Positions 62,144 to 64,000 of a DNA stretch of 64,000 nucleotides are shown here, in pieces. Origin of the DNA: an uncultured Spirochaetota bacterium (GTDB lineage Bacteria; Spirochaetota; Brevinematia; Brevinematales; JAOACQ01); contig CAVYGN010000002.1 of the NCBI GenBank assembly GCA_963768055.1, forward strand, positions 640,001 to 704,000, in the 5' to 3' direction. Both the position numbers and the translations under genes were made by a program. Every line of letters starts with the position of its first letter. Positions within the stretch are counted from its first letter, which is position 1. The notes beneath the pieces were generated by a model. The model was not told where the DNA came from. It was given only the letters and a program-made list of their open reading frames with translations, and ran no database searches.

Positions 62144-63643
62144 GGTAATATCATAGACAACCCTGTTGACCTCTCTGATCCGCCTTATGATCCTGTTTGC
62201 CGCCTCGTCAAGGACTTCATAGGGAAGACGCGACCAATTGGCTGTCATACCGTCAAGACTTTCAACAGCCCTTAAAGCTATTACCTGTCCGTAAGCCCTT
62301 TCGTCTCCCATGACGCCCACACTCCTTACCGGAAGCAATACTGCAAATGCCTGCCATATTTTATCGTACCACCCGCTTTTTTTCAATTCGCTTATGAAAA
62401 TATCATCCGCTGTCCTCAATATGTCAAGCTTTTCTTTCGTGATTTCGCCCAGGGTCCTTACCGCAAGCCCCGGCCCTGGAAAGGGATGCCTGCCGAGAAT
62501 ATCCTCGGGAATACTTAAAATCCTGGCTACTTCCCTGACCTCGTCCTTAAACAGAAAACGGAACGGCTCAATGATTTTACCCTCCTTTTCAAGTTTCTGG
62601 ACCTCAGGAACCCGGTTATGATGGGTTTTGATTGTCTGGGACGGTCCCTTCACAGGGCTGGTTTCGATTACATCAGGATAAAGGGTCCCCTGGACCAGAA
62701 AGTCAAAATCCTTCAAACCATGGTAAAAGACATCGATAAAGGTTTTCCCGATTATTTTCCTTTTTTCTTCCGGAGATTCGACTCCCTTCAAATTCGAAAG
62801 GAAAATTTCAGAGGCGTCGGAGTATTCCACATTTAAACAAAGCCTATCCCTCAAATTTTGAAGCACCTCAACCGGCTCGTTCAATCTGAGAAGACCATTA
62901 TTGACAAAAATCGATTTGACATTATCGCCTAATGCCATCTGGACTAAAACCGCCAGAGTGGTGGAATCCACACCCCCGCTGACCCCAAGTACGACCTTTT
63001 TCCCTCCGCATTTTTCTTGCAGAAAATCAATTTCCTTTGCAACAAAATCCTGCATGCTCCAATTAGCCTTGGCGCCGCATAATTTGAAAATAAAGTTTGA
63101 AATAATTTTTTTGCCTTCCTCGGTATGAACCACTTCCGGATGAAATTGGACGGCAAATAATCCCCTTTCCCTGTTTTCTATGGCAGTAGTCACTCCGTCC
63201 AAGGTTTTGGCTACAGTCTGAAAACCGTCGGGAATATTAATGACAGAATCGCCATGGCTCATCCAGATAACGGATCGGGTTTTAACATTTTCAAATAAGG
63301 GTGACAATTTCTCCAGATTCAAAATCGCTTTTCCGTATTCCCTGCGGGTTGAACGTTCCACTTTTCCGCCAAGAAGCTTAGTCATAAGCTGCATGCCGTA
63401 ACAAACGCCGAGGATAGGGATCCTTATATTAAATATATCGGATGACGTGATCGGCGCATCTTTATCCAGTATGCTGGAAGGGCCTCCGGAAAGAATAATC
63501 CCATACGGGTTCAGTTTCTTTAGAATTTCCAGGTCCATTGAATACGGATGGATCTCGGAATAAACGCCAAGTTCCCTTATACGGCGTGCAATAAGCTGGG
63601 TATATTGAGACCCGAAATCCAGGATGATTATCCCTCTTTCCAT
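62111..63643 (-). CDS. guaA: GMP synthase (glutamine-hydrolysing)
   Basis: LDFGSQY, GVCYGMQ, QFHPEV, SGGVDS, IKTHHN, KPPATIEWE. Confidence 0.98.
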   Translation of the reverse strand: MERGIIILDFGSQYTQLIARRIRELGVYSEIHPYSMDLEILKKLNPYGIILSGGPSSILDKDAPITSSDIFNIRIPILGVCYGMQLMTKLLGGKVERSTRREYGKAILNLEKLSPLFENVKTRSVIWMSHGDSVINIPDGFQTVAKTLDGVTTAIENRERGLFAVQFHPEVVHTEEGKKIISNFIFKLCGAKANWSMQDFVAKEIDFLQEKCGGKKVVLGVSGGVDSTTLAVLVQMALGDNVKSIFVNNGLLRLNEPVEVLQNLRDRLCLNVEYSDASEIFLSNLKGVESPEEKRKIIGKTFIDVFYHGLKDFDFLVQGTLYPDVIETSPVKGPSQTIKTHHNRVPEVQKLEKEGKIIEPFRFLFKDEVREVARILSIPEDILGRHPFPGPGLAVRTLGEITKEKLDILRTADDIFISELKKSGWYDKIWQAFAVLLPVRSVGVMGDERAYGQVIALRAVESLDGMTANWSRLPYEVLDEAANRIIRRIREVNRVVYDITSKPPATIEWE

Positions 63644-63646
63644 AGG

Positions 63647-63919
63647 CTAGATTTTTTTCCTTATATCTGAAATTGCTTTGGTCAATATATCGATATCCTT
63701 TTCTATTCTTTCATAATCCTTTTCTTTAAGTGATTTTTTCATATTAAAAAGCCTGGAATAGATAATATTTAGAAACGAAAGCCAGTATGAGCCGCTTGCA
63801 GCTATAGCCTTAACAATCTTTGTAATATTTCCCTCGTTATCATTTTTACCGTTCTGCATAATTTCCATGACAGCCGAAAAAATCAGGTCCCTTTCAGAAG
63901 GGCATGTGTAAGTTTTCAT
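63647..63919 (-). CDS. Hypothetical protein
   Basis: 90-aa ORF with an ATGA overlap with the upstream gene, 3 nt from guaA. Confidence 0.6.
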   Translation of the reverse strand: MKTYTCPSERDLIFSAVMEIMQNGKNDNEGNITKIVKAIAASGSYWLSFLNIIYSRLFNMKKSLKEKDYERIEKDIDILTKAISDIRKKI

Positions 63920-63999
63920 AAAACAACCCTCATGATTATAAGCGTTATATCGTCGCTTGGTTCCGCACCCTCTGTAAATTCCCTTAAATCCCCAATAAG
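63916..63999 (-). CDS. C-terminus of a PP2C/SpoIIE-family phosphatase (partial; not in the ORF track)
   Basis: Minus-strand translation LIGDLREFTEGAEPSDDITLIIMRVVL*, with the DDIT motif. Confidence 0.75.
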   Translation of the reverse strand, partial: LIGDLREFTEGAEPSDDITLIIMRVVL

Positions 64000-64000
64000 G

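Noticed and set aside
1467..63156. Many 60-180 aa antisense or alternate-frame ORFs in the track (e.g. 1467..2021, 26310..26693, 53432..53926, 57380..57865)
   Set aside because: Shadows of well-supported genes, without recognisable motifs

Overview
AT-rich bacterial chromosome segment, mostly housekeeping. The FliA/WhiG sequence, the hpf-hprK-ptsH string, a mitochondrial-type aconitase and a class II LysRS suggest a spirochaete outside Borrelia/Treponema; this taxonomy is inference only. Core genes: acn, lysS, cdaA/cdaR, queA, dprA, polA, serC, ssb, fliA, hpf, hprK, ptsH, an NtrY/NtrX-like pair, an HD-GYP protein, valS, thiS, speD, rpoD, dnaG, a DUF721/DciA protein, nrdD/nrdG, uvrA, alaS, nspC with carboxyspermidine dehydrogenase, a GH13 enzyme and guaA. 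I recognised no rRNA, tRNA, CRISPR array, transposase or integrase. Most notable: (1) a class III ribonucleotide reductase whose glycyl-radical segment sits in its own 50-aa gene between nrdD and nrdG; (2) a protein made of at least 10 in-register 21-aa repeats at the left edge; (3) a GT-C/GT2/B12-radical-SAM/flavodoxin-like/CDP-alcohol-transferase cluster interrupted by an hsp20 gene with a sigma54-type promoter; (4) a 2-kb patch of gene debris bracketed by C9 and C10 tracts; (5) genes from two alternative spermidine routes. All family calls come from motif recognition by eye, not database searches.
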